A DNA stretch of 64,000 nucleotides from Leucoraja erinacea (taxonomy: Eukaryota): contig NC_073400.1 in the NCBI RefSeq assembly GCF_028641065.1, positions 19,716,001-19,780,000 on the forward strand, in the 5' to 3' direction. How positions within the stretch are numbered: position 1 is the stretch's first letter; every line of letters starts with the position of its first letter. This document shows positions 39,291-51,978 of the stretch, piece after piece. The translations under genes were made by a program, and so were the position numbers. The notes below the pieces were generated by a model, which was not told where the DNA came from, ran no database searches, and was given only the letters and a program-made list of their open reading frames with translations.

Positions 39291-40357
39291 ACATATTCTG
39301 GAGGCGGTTGGGAAATATATGAAGCAGGAAATGTTGTTGAACGAGAGAGAGACTAACTGAGGGAGAGAGAGAGAAAGAGAGAGAGAGGGAGAGAGATAGA
39401 AAGAAGGAAGAAAAGAAAGAGACAGACAGACTAATCTGCAGAGTGTGTGACCCATGGAAGTGATGGAAGACAAGCAGACAGAGTGAGAGAGACTAAGTGC
39501 CAAATAGTGGAAAAACATTTGTATAGTGAGAAAGTGAGAGAACTCAAAAAGGAGAAAAAGAGTGACAAGAAAAGATCTGAGCTGCACCCTCGGAGTGAGT
39601 GATTGGATGTGGTAAACAGAGCTTTCCTGTTACTTCTGTAAATGAGGAAATTCAGCACGTCTCCAATGACTCTTACAAACTTTTACAGATGCACCATAGA
39701 AACCATATTTTCGGCTTAAATGACAACTTGATTTGTGAACAGCTCTGCACAAGACCACAAAAGATTAGCAGTGGATGTCGCCCAGTCCACCACACAGACT
39801 GGCCTATCCACATTGACTCCTCATGCACTTCAAACTGCCTTTGAAAATCAGCTAACAAGACTTGACCCACGCCGGTTCTTCCTTCTTCATCTCTACAACA
39901 CTGAGAAATACATTCCACTCTCTGTATCTTTCCCTTTCCTCTATATATTGTACTTGAGTTTGTCTTGATTATATTTATGTATAGTATTATCTGATCGGAT
40001 TGGATAGCATCCAAAACTATTGTTTTCACTTTACCTCGGTACACATGACAATAATAAACCTAAACTGCCATATTTCACCCGTGCCATGAGACTGTCTAAG
40101 GGAGATTGTGTAAATAGAACTTCACATTGTTTAAAAACTGTATCTTTGGAAATTTTAACCGGACAGACGAGACCCATGTTTACTTGATATCTATCGAATG
40201 TCCCAGTAATTTGCCATGTGTCAGTGTAAAGGGGAAACTGCCTGTGTAGTTGATCCGTGCTCTGAAATATGTGATGGAAATGTGCAAAGGGAGCTTCATT
40301 CTATGTCTAATCATGCCCTGGGAATATGGACTGCGTAGAGTGAGGATAGTTGCTGGA

Positions 40358-40489
40358 ATCCATCAAAGAACAAATGGGTCTGAAGGCTCAGAGCCCATTA
40401 GTGATTGGGAACTGCTGTCAAGTTGTAATAAGTTGATTCACAAAGAGAGAGTGTTTGGTCAAACAATGCATCAAATCGTGGCAGGAAGC
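40358..40489. promoter_or_regulatory. Conserved intron-1 element, first gene B copy
   Basis: atccatca...tctgaaggctcagagccc...ctgctgtca...gtgtttggtcaaacaatgcatcaaatcgtggcaggaag is collinear with the gene A and gene C copies. Confidence 0.55.
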
Positions 40490-41103
40490 ATACAACACTT
40501 CTGGTGAAGATGCAAGGCGGAAAATGGCGCGGCCCTAATATTTTGAGAGAGAACGATGAAGAGAGAGAAAGATGAAGAGATAGAAAGAGCAACTGATCTG
40601 CAGAGAGAGCGACGTTGAAATAAGTGTTGGAAGAAAAGCAAAGCAAATAAATTGAAACACCAAAACTGAGTTAAGGACAAAGACAAATAAATAAGGGCGA
40701 ACTTAAGAGGAAGAGAGGAAGCTTTCTGGAGTTAGAGGGCAGAAGACTGCATGCCCTATTTCAGGCTGAGCGTAAAGAGAGTCGCCACACATATACATTG
40801 AAAACCTCAAAGGTTCACATGCATGTCTCTGCTCCATAACTAGAGTAAAGTAATTAAAATCTAAGATAAACAAAATGGTGGGCAGAGAGCAGTTAGGGGA
40901 AGTACCTCAAGGTGAACTATATTTTGAATCTTTATTTGGATGTTTGGTGCTTTGGTGATTGTTCTAGCTAATATTTCAAACATTATAAAGAGAGCTTTAC
41001 TTAGTAACGAAACACTGTCCAGAGAGTGCAAGATGGGATTCTGCTGGAGAGAGAGAAATTAAGCACAAAGTTAAACAGACAGGTTCTTTTTGATTAAACT
41101 TAC

Positions 41104-41158
41104 AGTCTGAGATGGCCAGCATGAGCCAGAAGGAGATTGGCAGGCACCTGAAGTCCAT
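41104..41158 (-). CDS. Gene B exon 1 coding part: signal peptide MDFRCLPISFWLMLAISD(S)
   Basis: Kozak context GATATGG, phase-1 donor T|GTAAGT. Resembles the gene A leader (CL...LLAIS). Upstream GC box (~41253) and GAGGAAGT PU.1/ETS site (~41280). Confidence 0.82.
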
Positions 41159-41644
41159 ATCTCACCGCGTACTGCAGTGTGTGATAGGGGAGGCTTCCTC
41201 TTGTATAGATTTGTAGTATGTGCGCTGACTGTTGAAGCGTTGAGCGTCTAAAGGCGGGGTTTGGCCCAGTGATCACATCGAGGAAGTCAAATGACAGCAA
41301 TGGCATTGTGTAGGAAGAAACTCCAGATGCTGGTTTATACCAAAGATAGACACAAAATGCTGGAGTAAGAGTGTCAGGCAGCCATTTTGTTAAAAATAAT
41401 ACGTGCCATTTCGGGTCGGAACCTTTCTTCAGAGTGAATGTAAAGGTGGGGGTAGAAATAAACTGGAGGCGAGAAAATGCCAGAACAAATTAGGACCACG
41501 ACAGATGACCTCAGGAACGGTGGAGACCATAATGGCCCATTGTTGGCGAGGGACGGTGTGATAATAAGAGGATACCAAAATGCATACAGTGGAACTGGTA
41601 GGATGACTAGGGTGAGGGAGGGGGAAAGGGAAGGAAGGAGAGTT

Positions 41645-42023
41645 TCTTATAGAAACTTACAAAATTCTTAAGGGGTTGGACAGGCTAGATGCAGGAAGAT
41701 TGTTCCAGATGTTGGGGAAGTCCAGGACAAGGGGTCACAGTTTAAGGATAAGGGGGAAATCCTTTAAAACCGAGATGAGAAGAACTTTTTTCACACAGAG
41801 AGTGGTGAATCTCTGGAACTCTCTGCCACAGAGGGTAGTTGAGGCCAGTTCATTGGCTATATTTAAGAGGGAGTTAGATGTGGCCCTTGTGGCTAAGGGG
41901 ATCAGAGGGTATGGAGAGAAGGCAGGTACGGGATACTGAGTTGGATGATCAGCCATGATCATATTGAATGGCGGTGCAGGCTCGAAGGGCCGAATGGCCT
42001 GCACCTAATTTCTATGTTTCTAT
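41645..42023 (+). mobile_element. Young CR1 3' fragment nested in a Penelope-like remnant (~41310-42560)
   Basis: Near-identical to 5627-6013; flanked by minus- and plus-strand Penelope GIY-YIG debris. Confidence 0.85.
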
Positions 42024-45000
42024 GAGAGGGAATGCAGGAGGTACTTAATTAGGGAAATCAACGTTCATTCTTCTGGGTTGTTAGCTGCCAAAGCAAAATA
42101 TGGGGTGTTGTTCCTCCAATTTGCATGTGGCCTCACTCTGAGAGAGGACACCTTTCACCCCATCAGCATCATATACAACACATCATCCTCCAATATTTTC
42201 ATCACCTTCAATGGGACTCCACCACTAGTGACATTTTCCCACCTCCATCCCATTCTGCTTTCTGCAGAGATTCTCTCCGCAAAAATATATATCAGCGAGA
42301 CCTAGCGTAGACTTTCTGGTTGTTTTGCTGAGCATTTACGCTCAGTCCGTCTTGGCCTATATGATCTCCCGATTATTTTAATTTCCCTAATCATTCCCAT
42401 ACTGACCTTTCTGTCCAGGGATTCATTCACTGTCAGAGTGAGGCCACACGCAACTTGGAGGAACAGCATCTCATATTTTGCTTGGACAGTTTACAACTGG
42501 TATGATATTGATTTCTCTAATTTCAAGTAACTCCTGCATTCCCTCTCCTCCCTTCCCTTGCCCCCCTCCTTAGTCATCTTTGGGGTCACAACTCCCTGGA
42601 AATGGCAACATGTGAATAGAGTGGTAAAGAAGATATGCAGTTTTATAGGTTGCCTTCATAGGTTGGGGCATTGAGTATCACAGGTAGGACGTCATATTGC
42701 AGCTTTATACTGTAAGACTTTGGTTAGGTCACATTTGGTGTAGTGTGTGTGGTTCCCATTGCCCATTAAAGGAGGGAGGTGGAGACTTTGTAGATTGTGC
42801 AGTATACCAGATTGGTGCATGAGGGTATTGGCTGCCAGGAGAAGTTGGACAAACTTGAATTGTTTTCTCTGGAGCATTGGAGATTGAGAGGAAATCTGAC
42901 AGAGGTGTATAAAATTGTAAGAGATATAGAAAGGGTAGACAAGCAGAACCTTTTCACAGGGTGAAAATGTCAAAGAATGAAATGGGTAGCTTTATGTTGA
43001 GAGGGGTAAAGTTTAAAGGAGATGTGTGGATGTTTTTTTAAACGGAATGACGGGTGCCTGGAATGTGCATCCAGGGGTGATGGTGGAGGAAGACACAACA
43101 GAGGCTTTTTGTTAGACACATGGATATGCAGGGAATGGAGGGAAATAGATTACGTGCAGACAGGGGAGATTAGTTTAACATATGTTTAGCCCAGACATTG
43201 TGGGCCAAGTGTCTGCTATTGCACGGCCACACGGTGGCCGCCGGTTCCATCCTTGTTCCTGTCATGCCGCTGGTTGTTCTCATCGGCTGCCGGGTCTGGC
43301 CACGTTCTCGCCAGGCCAGCCGGGTCCCTCCTTGCATGGCTCTGTGGTGCCCGCTGGAAGCCAATTAACCTAGAAACCTGTACGTTTTTAGAGTGTGGGA
43401 GGAAACCAGAGCACCCAGAGAAAACCCACGCGGTCACAAGGAGAACATACATACAGGTACAGCAGGTGATCACAGACAGGGAGGTCAGAATGGGAGTGGG
43501 ATGGAGAATTAAAGTGGGAGATAAAGGGAAGCTCAGGGACACACCTGCAGATTGAACACAGATGCCTGTGAAAAGGTAATTCCATCTGCACTTGTTTTTC
43601 TCATGTAGAGGAAGCCACATACTAAACACGGTTCAAGTGTGAAGAATGTTTAGTTGCCATATTTACAAAAACGGAACAATGAAATTCATACTTGCAGCAG
43701 CATAAGAAGTTTGTAAACACAGTACTCAACTGATCACATAATAAAACAAACAAAAAGGTTGAAGTGTGCTTCTTCACCCCTCATCCATTTGCACTGGGAC
43801 ATTCAGGGACCTGTGGACTTGTACCCCAAGGATCCTCTGTTCATCAACATACTCTAGGGCTCCACCATTTACTATTAATGTTTCACCATTGTTTCCCCTC
43901 CCAAAATGCCCTCCTTTGTGTTTGTCAGGTTTAAATTACATTTTCTCTTTTCTCAGCCAGTCTTTCCATCTTGGACAACTTTCCTTGCAATCAATACATG
44001 GCTTTCCATGAGAACCACCAATTTTCATATTATCAGCAAACTTAGTTATCACACTTCATACCTTCACATCAAAGGTCTAAATATGCTGTGGGACAGATTC
44101 GGTCAGAGAATTCCAATCAGAAAAAACAATTTCACCCCCACCCTCTGCCTCTTATTACCAAACAATTTTGCATCTAATTTACTTGTTTGCACTGAACGCA
44201 GTGAGCTTTAACTTGCTTGATTGGCCTAGTACATGGGACCTTATAAAATGTCTCACTATTCCTTGGAGAATGAGAGAAGATCAAAGAGAGGTGTTTGAAA
44301 TCATAAGGGGAATTGATAGAGTGAATGTAGAAAGTCCTTTTCCCAGGATAGAGGAATCACAAAGTAGAGGGCACAGGTTTAAGGTGAGAGGGGAAAGATA
44401 TGAGGTAAGTGAGGGACAACCTTTTCACACAGAGGGTTGTGGTTACATGGAACAAACTGCCAAAGGAAGTAGTCGAGGTAGACAATAACAACAATTAAAA
44501 TACATTTAGACGGTTACCTGAAGAGGAAAGAGGGATTTGGGCCAAAAGTGATCAAATGGGAAGAGATTCCATGGGATATCTTAGGCGGCATGAACGAGTT
44601 GGACCACAGGATTTATTTCCATGTTCTATGACTCTGAGGTTCATGTAGACAATGTCTTCGCACTCCCCTCAATAACATGTTCAACCAGATCCTCAAAAAA
44701 CGCAGTCATATTTGTGAGAAGGATTTTGCATGAACAAGGCCATGCTGATTATCCCTAATCTATCCCCGTCTCCCTAAGTGAAAACATATCCTGTTCCTTA
44801 GATATTTTTCCAATAGTTACTCTTCCACTGACTGACCAGTTGTTATATGCTGAGCTTCTTAATAAAGGAACAACATTTACTATCCTCCATTCACCTGGTA
44901 TTTCACCTGTGGCTAATGAAGATGTAAAATGTCGATTGGGGACATGTAGTCTCCACCTTTGCATTCCACAGCAGCCTGGGGTAAATCACATTTGGCTTTG

Positions 45001-46931
45001 GGAATCCATATGTCTTGATGTAACACAAGACATCTAGCACCTCCTCATTCCTATTACTAACATGCTCATGAACATCACCATCCCTTACTCTGGCTCTTTG
45101 TCTATCATGTCTTTCTCTGTAAATATAGGTGAGAAATATTTATTTAGGACCATGCTTACAACCCCCAACTAAACAATTCTGGCAATCCCAGTCATTATTG
45201 GGGAACTTAAAATCCACAAGTATAATCTTTTACACATCCATGATGTTACATTCCTCTTAAAATTCACAAATACAATCTTTTACACTACTCGAGGTTAAAG
45301 TCCACGGGCCACGGTTGGAGTGTCAATCCCAGGCAAGGGATCGTAGGCTCCGATGGTAAGTCCACGGCAGCGCATTGGGGCGCAAAGTCAGTCTCGAGCA
45401 AGGCCACCAGCTCCATGATGTTAGGCCGCAGAGCAACCAGAGATACGATCCGGAAAACAATCGCATCTCCGGCAAGGTAAGAGACTCCAGATATATCTGA
45501 TCAATGTCCCATAAGACTGAAACATAATACCACCAGGGGCGCCGTACGATGGCAGCTCCGCCGGCAGTCTGTTCGTCTCTTCAGTTCTAAAACATTTGCT
45601 CAGACAGCTACCAAGATCTGGAACTCACGACCATTTGAGGATAAAATTTATGTCCTCAGAAAGGGACATGATCAGACACAAGAATAATCTGTAAGGATGC
45701 GCCTGACCGGATGTTCTACCAGGAACATGCACTGACTCATTGTGTGGAGTTCCTCTTTTCTAAAATGCTATGAATCATTTCCTGGTCTGTACTGTTCTAT
45801 GTAGCTCCATTTTGATCTCTCCCCTGTGGGTTTTGAGAATGTAGTAAATGTGCAAAGATAGTCACATGCAGCACATGAATGCATGATTTCACTGCTCCAC
45901 CTCAACACACATTTACATGCAGACATTGCAAGGAGTGGCTCCATGTACATGGGGATAAACATATCTTCATTACTCAAACACCTCATGGTGTTCACAGTTC
46001 AATTCCAAATTTGGGTTGAGTTAGCCAATCTCAGCTAAGGTCAAGGAGCAGAAACTGGGTCTTCCCTCGTGATCATGTGTAGGCTTCAGTGCTGGCCAGG
46101 GTGGATCTGTGCAGTCAACCAGTCTATTGGTGCTTATTATCCCACTGGGCCATGACTATGGAAGCTGTACGAATTGTGGAACCATGACGGAGTCGACTCA
46201 TTAAAAGGCGATGTGATGATGAGAACTAAATAAATATCATATCAAATCCCAGGGAAGCATGTGGTATGGGTAATGCTGGAGTGAGAGAAGCGTCTGATCG
46301 GATGGAAAGTGAGTGAAGAAGAATCACCTCCAAGTGAGACCCTGAAGGAGCAAGAGCCTGCACTTTGGCCCCAGGCTTTTGCAAAGGCCCGAGGAAATTG
46401 AAGCAAGAGGACAGCGTTATGGAATCAGAAGATTCCCCTGTAACAGAGGTATACGTGCCTCTGCATGTCAGTGGGTCCAAAAGGAGAAGATGTCCACTGA
46501 GTTGAAGGATGGCCTGCTTGTTGGATTTTAGAAGGATGATGCGGATCTCACTGAAACGTATCGAAAGAGTGGATGTGGAGAGGATGTTTCCACTCATGGG
46601 AGAATCTAGGACCAGCGATCACAGCCTTAGAATAAAAGGAAGTACCCGGCACCTTTAGAAAGGATAGGAGGGGTAATTTCTTGAGACAGAGAGTGGTGAA
46701 TCTGGGGAATTCATTGCCACAGATGGCTGTGGAGGCCGTTGGGTATTTTAAAACAAAGATCGACAGGTTCTTGATTAGTAAGGGTGCCAAAGGATATGGG
46801 GAGAAGGCAGGAGAATGGGGTAGAGAGGGAAAGATAGATCTGCCATGATTGCATGGCAGAGTAGACTTGATGGGTCAAATGGCCTAATTCTGCTCCTGTA
46901 ACTTATGAACTTATGTGTGAGATCTTAATTA

Positions 46932-47028
46932 TGTAACGGGTATAGCTTGGACCCAATAGCAGCACAGAATCAGGCAGGTATAGTTGGTAATGAACTTTAT
47001 TACGACACTGTAACACAGAGTAGTAACA
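46932..47028 (-). repeat. 3' LTR remnant (terminal 97 bp only)
   Basis: Matches 51480-51576 with one mismatch; ends ...CCGTTACA on the element strand and contains AATAAA. Confidence 0.92.
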
Positions 47029-50000
47029 AAAAACCCAATCCCACGCAGAGTTGGGTGGGAGGAGGGGGACCGGTGGGCTAATATTCGTCCGAGACATCCA
47101 TGTCCGCATCCTCCTCCATGGCATCAGAGGAAAGCTCCGTCTCGTCATAACTCAGACGGAAGAGGGGACAGAGTCTCAGGGGCGGCGACCCCTATAGCAG
47201 TGGCGGACTAGGACGGCTGGTCGGGATGACGTTGGTGAAACTCCCTGATGATGGAGGCGTCCAGGATGTGTCGAGCAGGATCCAGGACCTCTCCTCTGGA
47301 CCGTAACCCTCCCAATCGACCAGGTATTGGAGACCCCTCCCGCGACGGCGGGAGCACAGGAGGCGGTGCACCGTAAAGGCAAATGAGACGAGGAGGTGGA
47401 GGAGGATGGACTGCGGGGACCAGGGAGCTCTCCCGGACTGGCTTTACTCTGGACACGTGGAACGTAGGTTGGACCCGCATGGAACGAGGCAACTTGAGCC
47501 TCACAGCCGCTGGGTTGATGACCTTCTGGATCTCAAAGGGACCGATGAACTTGGGTGCCAACTTCTTGGACTCCACCCTCGAGGGAAGGTCCTGGGTCAA
47601 CAGCCACACCTTCTGGTCCATGAGGTAGGTGGGGGCCTGGGTGCGGTGATGGTTGGCAGCTGTGGCGTAACGATCCATGGAGCGGAGAAGAGCCGCTCTG
47701 GCTTGGCTCCACGTCCTGCTACAGCGACGAATGAAGGCCTGGACGGACGGGCAGGAAACCTCTTTCTCCAGCGCCGGGAACAATGGAGGCTGGAACCCGT
47801 AGGCACACTGGAGAGGGGAGAGCCCAGTGGCCGAGCTTGTCAGGGTGTTGTGGGCGTACTCCACCCACAACAACTGCTGGGACCAGGAGGAGGGATGCTT
47901 GGACACCATACACCGCAGCGCCGTCTCCATCTCCTGATTCTTCCGTTCAGTCTGGCCGTTGGACAGGGGATGAAATCCGGACGTCAGACTCACGGTGGCC
48001 CCCACAAGCGTGCAGAACTCCCTCCAGAACACAGAGGCAAACTGGGGTCCCCGGTCGGAGACCACATCGACGGGGAGACCATGGAGCCTGAAGACGTGGA
48101 GTAACATGAGCTCGGCAGTTTCCTTGGCTGACGGAAGCTTGGGCAGGGGCACGAAGTGAGCCATCTTGCTAAATCTATCGACCACGGTCAGGATGGTGGT
48201 GTGACCACTGGATGGGGGCAGGCCGGTAACGAAGTCCAGGGAGATGTGGGACCATGGTCGATGGGGTACAGGCAGTGGAAGCAGATGACCCACAGGAGCT
48301 TGGTGTGAGACCTTGTGCTGGTTGCAAACGGGACAGGCGTTGACAAACTCCCGAGTGTCCTCCTCCAGCGATGCCCACCAGAACCTCCGTAGCACCATCT
48401 CCTTGGTCCGCTGAATGCCGGGATGACAGGCGAGTCGAGAACTGTGGGCCCACTGAAGGACGTCGGACCGCAGGGCAGAAACCACAAACAGGCGATCAGG
48501 AGGGCATGCGCTGGGTCCCGGCTGGTTCTCCAAGGCCGCCTTGACCTTCTCCTCCACCTCCCAGGTGAGGGAGGCAACCCTGTGCGAGGACGGGAGGATG
48601 GTCTGGGGGCCAAGAACTGTCGAGAGAGGGCATCGAGCTTCACGTTGTGGGACCCAGGTCGGCAGGAGAAGGAGAAGTTGAAGCGGGTGAGGAAGAGAGA
48701 CGAGCGGCCTGACGAGAGTTGAGCCTCTTGGCTGACTGGAGGTATTCAAGGTTCTTGTGGTCAGTCCAAACCAAGAAAGGCTGCTCGGTTCCCTCCAGCC
48801 AGTGACGCCATTCCTCCAACGCCAACTTAACCGCCAACAGGTTGCCAATGTCATAATTCCTCTCAGCAGGGGTCAGGCGTCGGGAGAAGAAGGCGCATGG
48901 ATGTAGCTTCTGGTCCCCGGCAGCCCACTGGGACAGAACAGCTCCCACCCCCCACGTCGGAGGCGTCCACCTCCACCACGAACTGTCTGTCTGAGTCCGG
49001 AACTTGGAGGATGGGGGCCGATGTAAACCGTGTCTTGAGTGTCCGAAAAGCTTCGTCGGCCGCGGCAGACCACCGAAACGGAAACTTGGAGGAGGTGAGT
49101 GCCGTGAGGGGTGTGGCCACAGTACTGTAGCCACGGATGAACCGTCGGTAAAAATTGGCGAACCCCAGGAACCTTTGGAGCTGTTTGCGGGAGTCAGGAA
49201 CAGGCCAGGTGGTGACAGCAGAGTCCTTGGCGGGGTCCATCTTGATGTTCCCTTGGCCAACGATGTATCCTAGGAAGGAGACTGACGGGGAGTGAAACTC
49301 GCACTTCTCAGCTTTAAGGAAAAGCGAGTTCTCCAGGAGCCGATGTAGAACTGCCTGGACGTGGTGTACGTGTTCATCCTTGGTCTGTGAAAAGATGAGG
49401 ATGTCATCAATATAGACGAACACGTACTTGTTCAACATGTCTCTGAGAACATCATTGATCAAAGCCTGGAAGACGGCCGGGGCGTTGGTGAGGCCAAAGG
49501 GCATCACCAGGTATTCATAATGTCCCATGGGAGTGTTGAAGGCGGTCTTCCACTCATCTCCCTCTTTGATGCGGACCAAGTGGTAGGCGTTGCGTAGATC
49601 CAACTTCAAAAAGATGGTGGCCCCCTCCAGGAGCTCGAAAGCAGAGGAGATGGGTGGGAGAGGGTAGCGATTCTTCACCGTGATGCCGTTGAGCCCCCGG
49701 TAATCTATGCAGGAACGCAGAGATTTGTCCTTCTTCTCCACGAAGAAGAACCCAGCCCCAGCAGGAGACGAGGAGGGACGGATGAGACCAGCAACCAAGG
49801 AGTCGCTTATGTATTTATCCATGGCGCCTCTCTCAGGGGCGGACTGGGAATAAAGGCGCCCCTAGGAGGAGCGGAACCAGGCAGGAGGTCTATGGCGCAG
49901 TCATAGGGCCGATGAGAAGTGAGGGAGGTGGCCCTAGACTTGCTAAAAACCTCCCCAAAGTCATGGTACACAGCTGGGACCCCCGTCAGATCTGGAGCAG

Positions 50001-51479
50001 AACTGGAGCAGGAGGCCGTTTGAGGAGATGATGCTTGCTTCAGGCACACTTGGTGGCAGGAAGGGCTCCAATCCAAGATGACCCCCATCCTCCAGTCGAT
50101 GTTGGGGTTGTGTCACCGAAGCCAGGGGTAACCCAGGATGAGGAGAAGACGGGGAGACTGCAGGATGTGGAACTGGATGGTCTCATGGTGATTACCAGAC
50201 AGGAGCATGCGCACTGGGACCGTCTGGTGAGAAACAGTCCCCAGGAGATGGCCGTCGAGGGCGTTGGCGGGAACAGGTTTAGGCAGGGGAACACAACTGA
50301 TGCCTGGCTGACGGGCTAGTTCCATGTCCATAAGATTAATGTCACAACCAGAGCCTATGAAGGTGGCGAGGGTGTGAGAACCATCAGACAACAGCAGACG
50401 GGCATGACAAAGAGGGCGTCGGGCAGAGGAAAGTTCAGAGGTTTGACTCACCAGTAATTCCTCCGCTACTGGCGAGTCTGGCCCTTTTACTGGACACTTG
50501 GAGATGTAATGACCCGCCAGGCCACAGTAGAGACAGAGGTTCCCCCGACGCCGACGTTCCCATTCCTGGGGGGTGGGACTGGTGCGACCCACCTGCATGG
50601 GTTCGGGTTGCCTCGATGGTTGCCCCGACGAGGGTAGTCCAGTCTCCGGAGGAAAACGAGCTTGGGTGGATAGCTGGCGGACCCCCTGTCCTTGTCGCCT
50701 CTCCCGACGTCTCGCCAGGATGCGTCGGTCCAGATGGGTCGTTAGCTCGATAAGCCCACCCAGAGAAGAAGGAAGGTCGTGGGACACCAACTCATCCTTG
50801 ATAAAGTCATTCAAGCCCAGCAAGAAAGCGTCACACTGGGCCAGGGCATTCCAATCACTCTGACGGGCCCTGGTGCGAAAGTCGATGGCGAAGTCAGCGA
50901 CGCTCTGGTTCCCCTGGCTCAACCCCAGCGGACCTCCCGCAGCGTCCGGACCCATCGAAACCTCACCGAACACCTTGCGAAGCTCCACGGCGAAAGCCTG
51001 GAAAGAGGAGCAAGCCGGCGTGCGTCGCTCCCATACAGCCGTTCCCCACAGCCGAGCTCTGCCAGTCAGGTGATTAATGGTAAACGCCACTCTCGCCGCT
51101 TCCTGGGCGAAGGTGTAGGGCTGTAGGGCGAAAAGAATGGAACAGCTCATGATGAATGGGTTGCAGCCCTCCGGGTCTCCAGCGTAGTGCTCCGGGGTTC
51201 CCACCCGGGGCTCAGGTGATGGTCCTGGCGGACTGGGAGCTGGTGCAGTCAGAGCCGGAGGCGAAGCATGGGGTGTAGCCTGGGCGAGGGTGGTCGTCAG
51301 CTGTTGGACCTGGGTGGCTAGTGCAACCAATGCTTGCTCTTGGTTTGACACAGCCTGTCGAACCTCGGAGTTGGAGGCAGTGAGCATAGCTTCGTGCTGC
51401 AGGAGCGTGTGCTCAATCCTCTCGAAACGGTTTGACGGAGACGTTGTGTGCGCTGAGTCCATTGTTGGCCAGATTGTAC

Positions 51480-51978
51480 TGTAACGGGTATAGCTTGGAC
51501 CCAATAGCAGCACAGAATCAGGCAGGTATAGTTGGTAATGAACTTTATTACAACACTGTAACACAGAGTAGTAACACAGGAATGGGTACACTGTACTCAC
51601 ACAGAGGCTCAGAATTGAGCGAGGGTTCCGAAGAGGGGCAGGCAGGAGATGTAGTCGGGGTAGCGGAAGGTCCGGTAACCAGGAGATCCAACACACGATG
51701 CAAACAAACCTGCGAGGGACAGACGAGAGGAGAGTCGAAGCCAGGCAGGAAGTCGAGGAGCCGTTGCAGGGATACACCAAACAGCCCAGGAGAGAGGCAG
51801 ACAGAAACCAGGATGTACGGGACGAAGGCCGGGGTCGGTGACAGAAGGCTGAGGTGATATCCGGGAAGACGACAGGACGGAATGGTCAGGGGCAGGCAGG
51901 TTCGAATCCGTGTAGGCAATCGGGAAATCGCTGGAGAGTCTTGCATGAATGCTGAGAACAATCTGGCACCGGGATCAA
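51480..51978 (-). repeat. 5' LTR (R-U5 part; U3 missing)
   Basis: Ends ...GTTACA directly before the PBS GTACAATCTGGCC and the gag ATG. The outer end abuts the LINE ORF1 ATG. Confidence 0.85.

Larger units (their letters stand above)
46932..51978 (-). mobile_element. Ty3/Gypsy chromovirus (Tf1/sushi group) LTR retrotransposon, defective
   Basis: gag ATG at 51462 (PEHYAGDPEGC, CLYCGLAGHYISKC knuckle), protease region, RT ([18 protein letters not shown]), RNase H ([17 protein letters not shown]), integrase (HHCC zinc finger, DFVTGLP, SDRGPQF, GPF motif) and chromodomain ([16 protein letters not shown]). Several frameshifts. Confidence 0.97.

Noticed and set aside
46226-46545. Unique-looking stretch with an EVYVPL tyrosine motif
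   Set aside because: Frames are short and broken, there are no convincing splice sites, and no link to the receptor genes; probably decayed TE sequence.
50113-51780. PEG10/RTL1-like domesticated gag gene
   Set aside because: It is embedded in a full LTR retrotransposon with near-identical LTR remnants and frameshifted pol, so it is a transposon copy, not a domesticated gene. The ORF part upstream of 51462 is LTR read-through.
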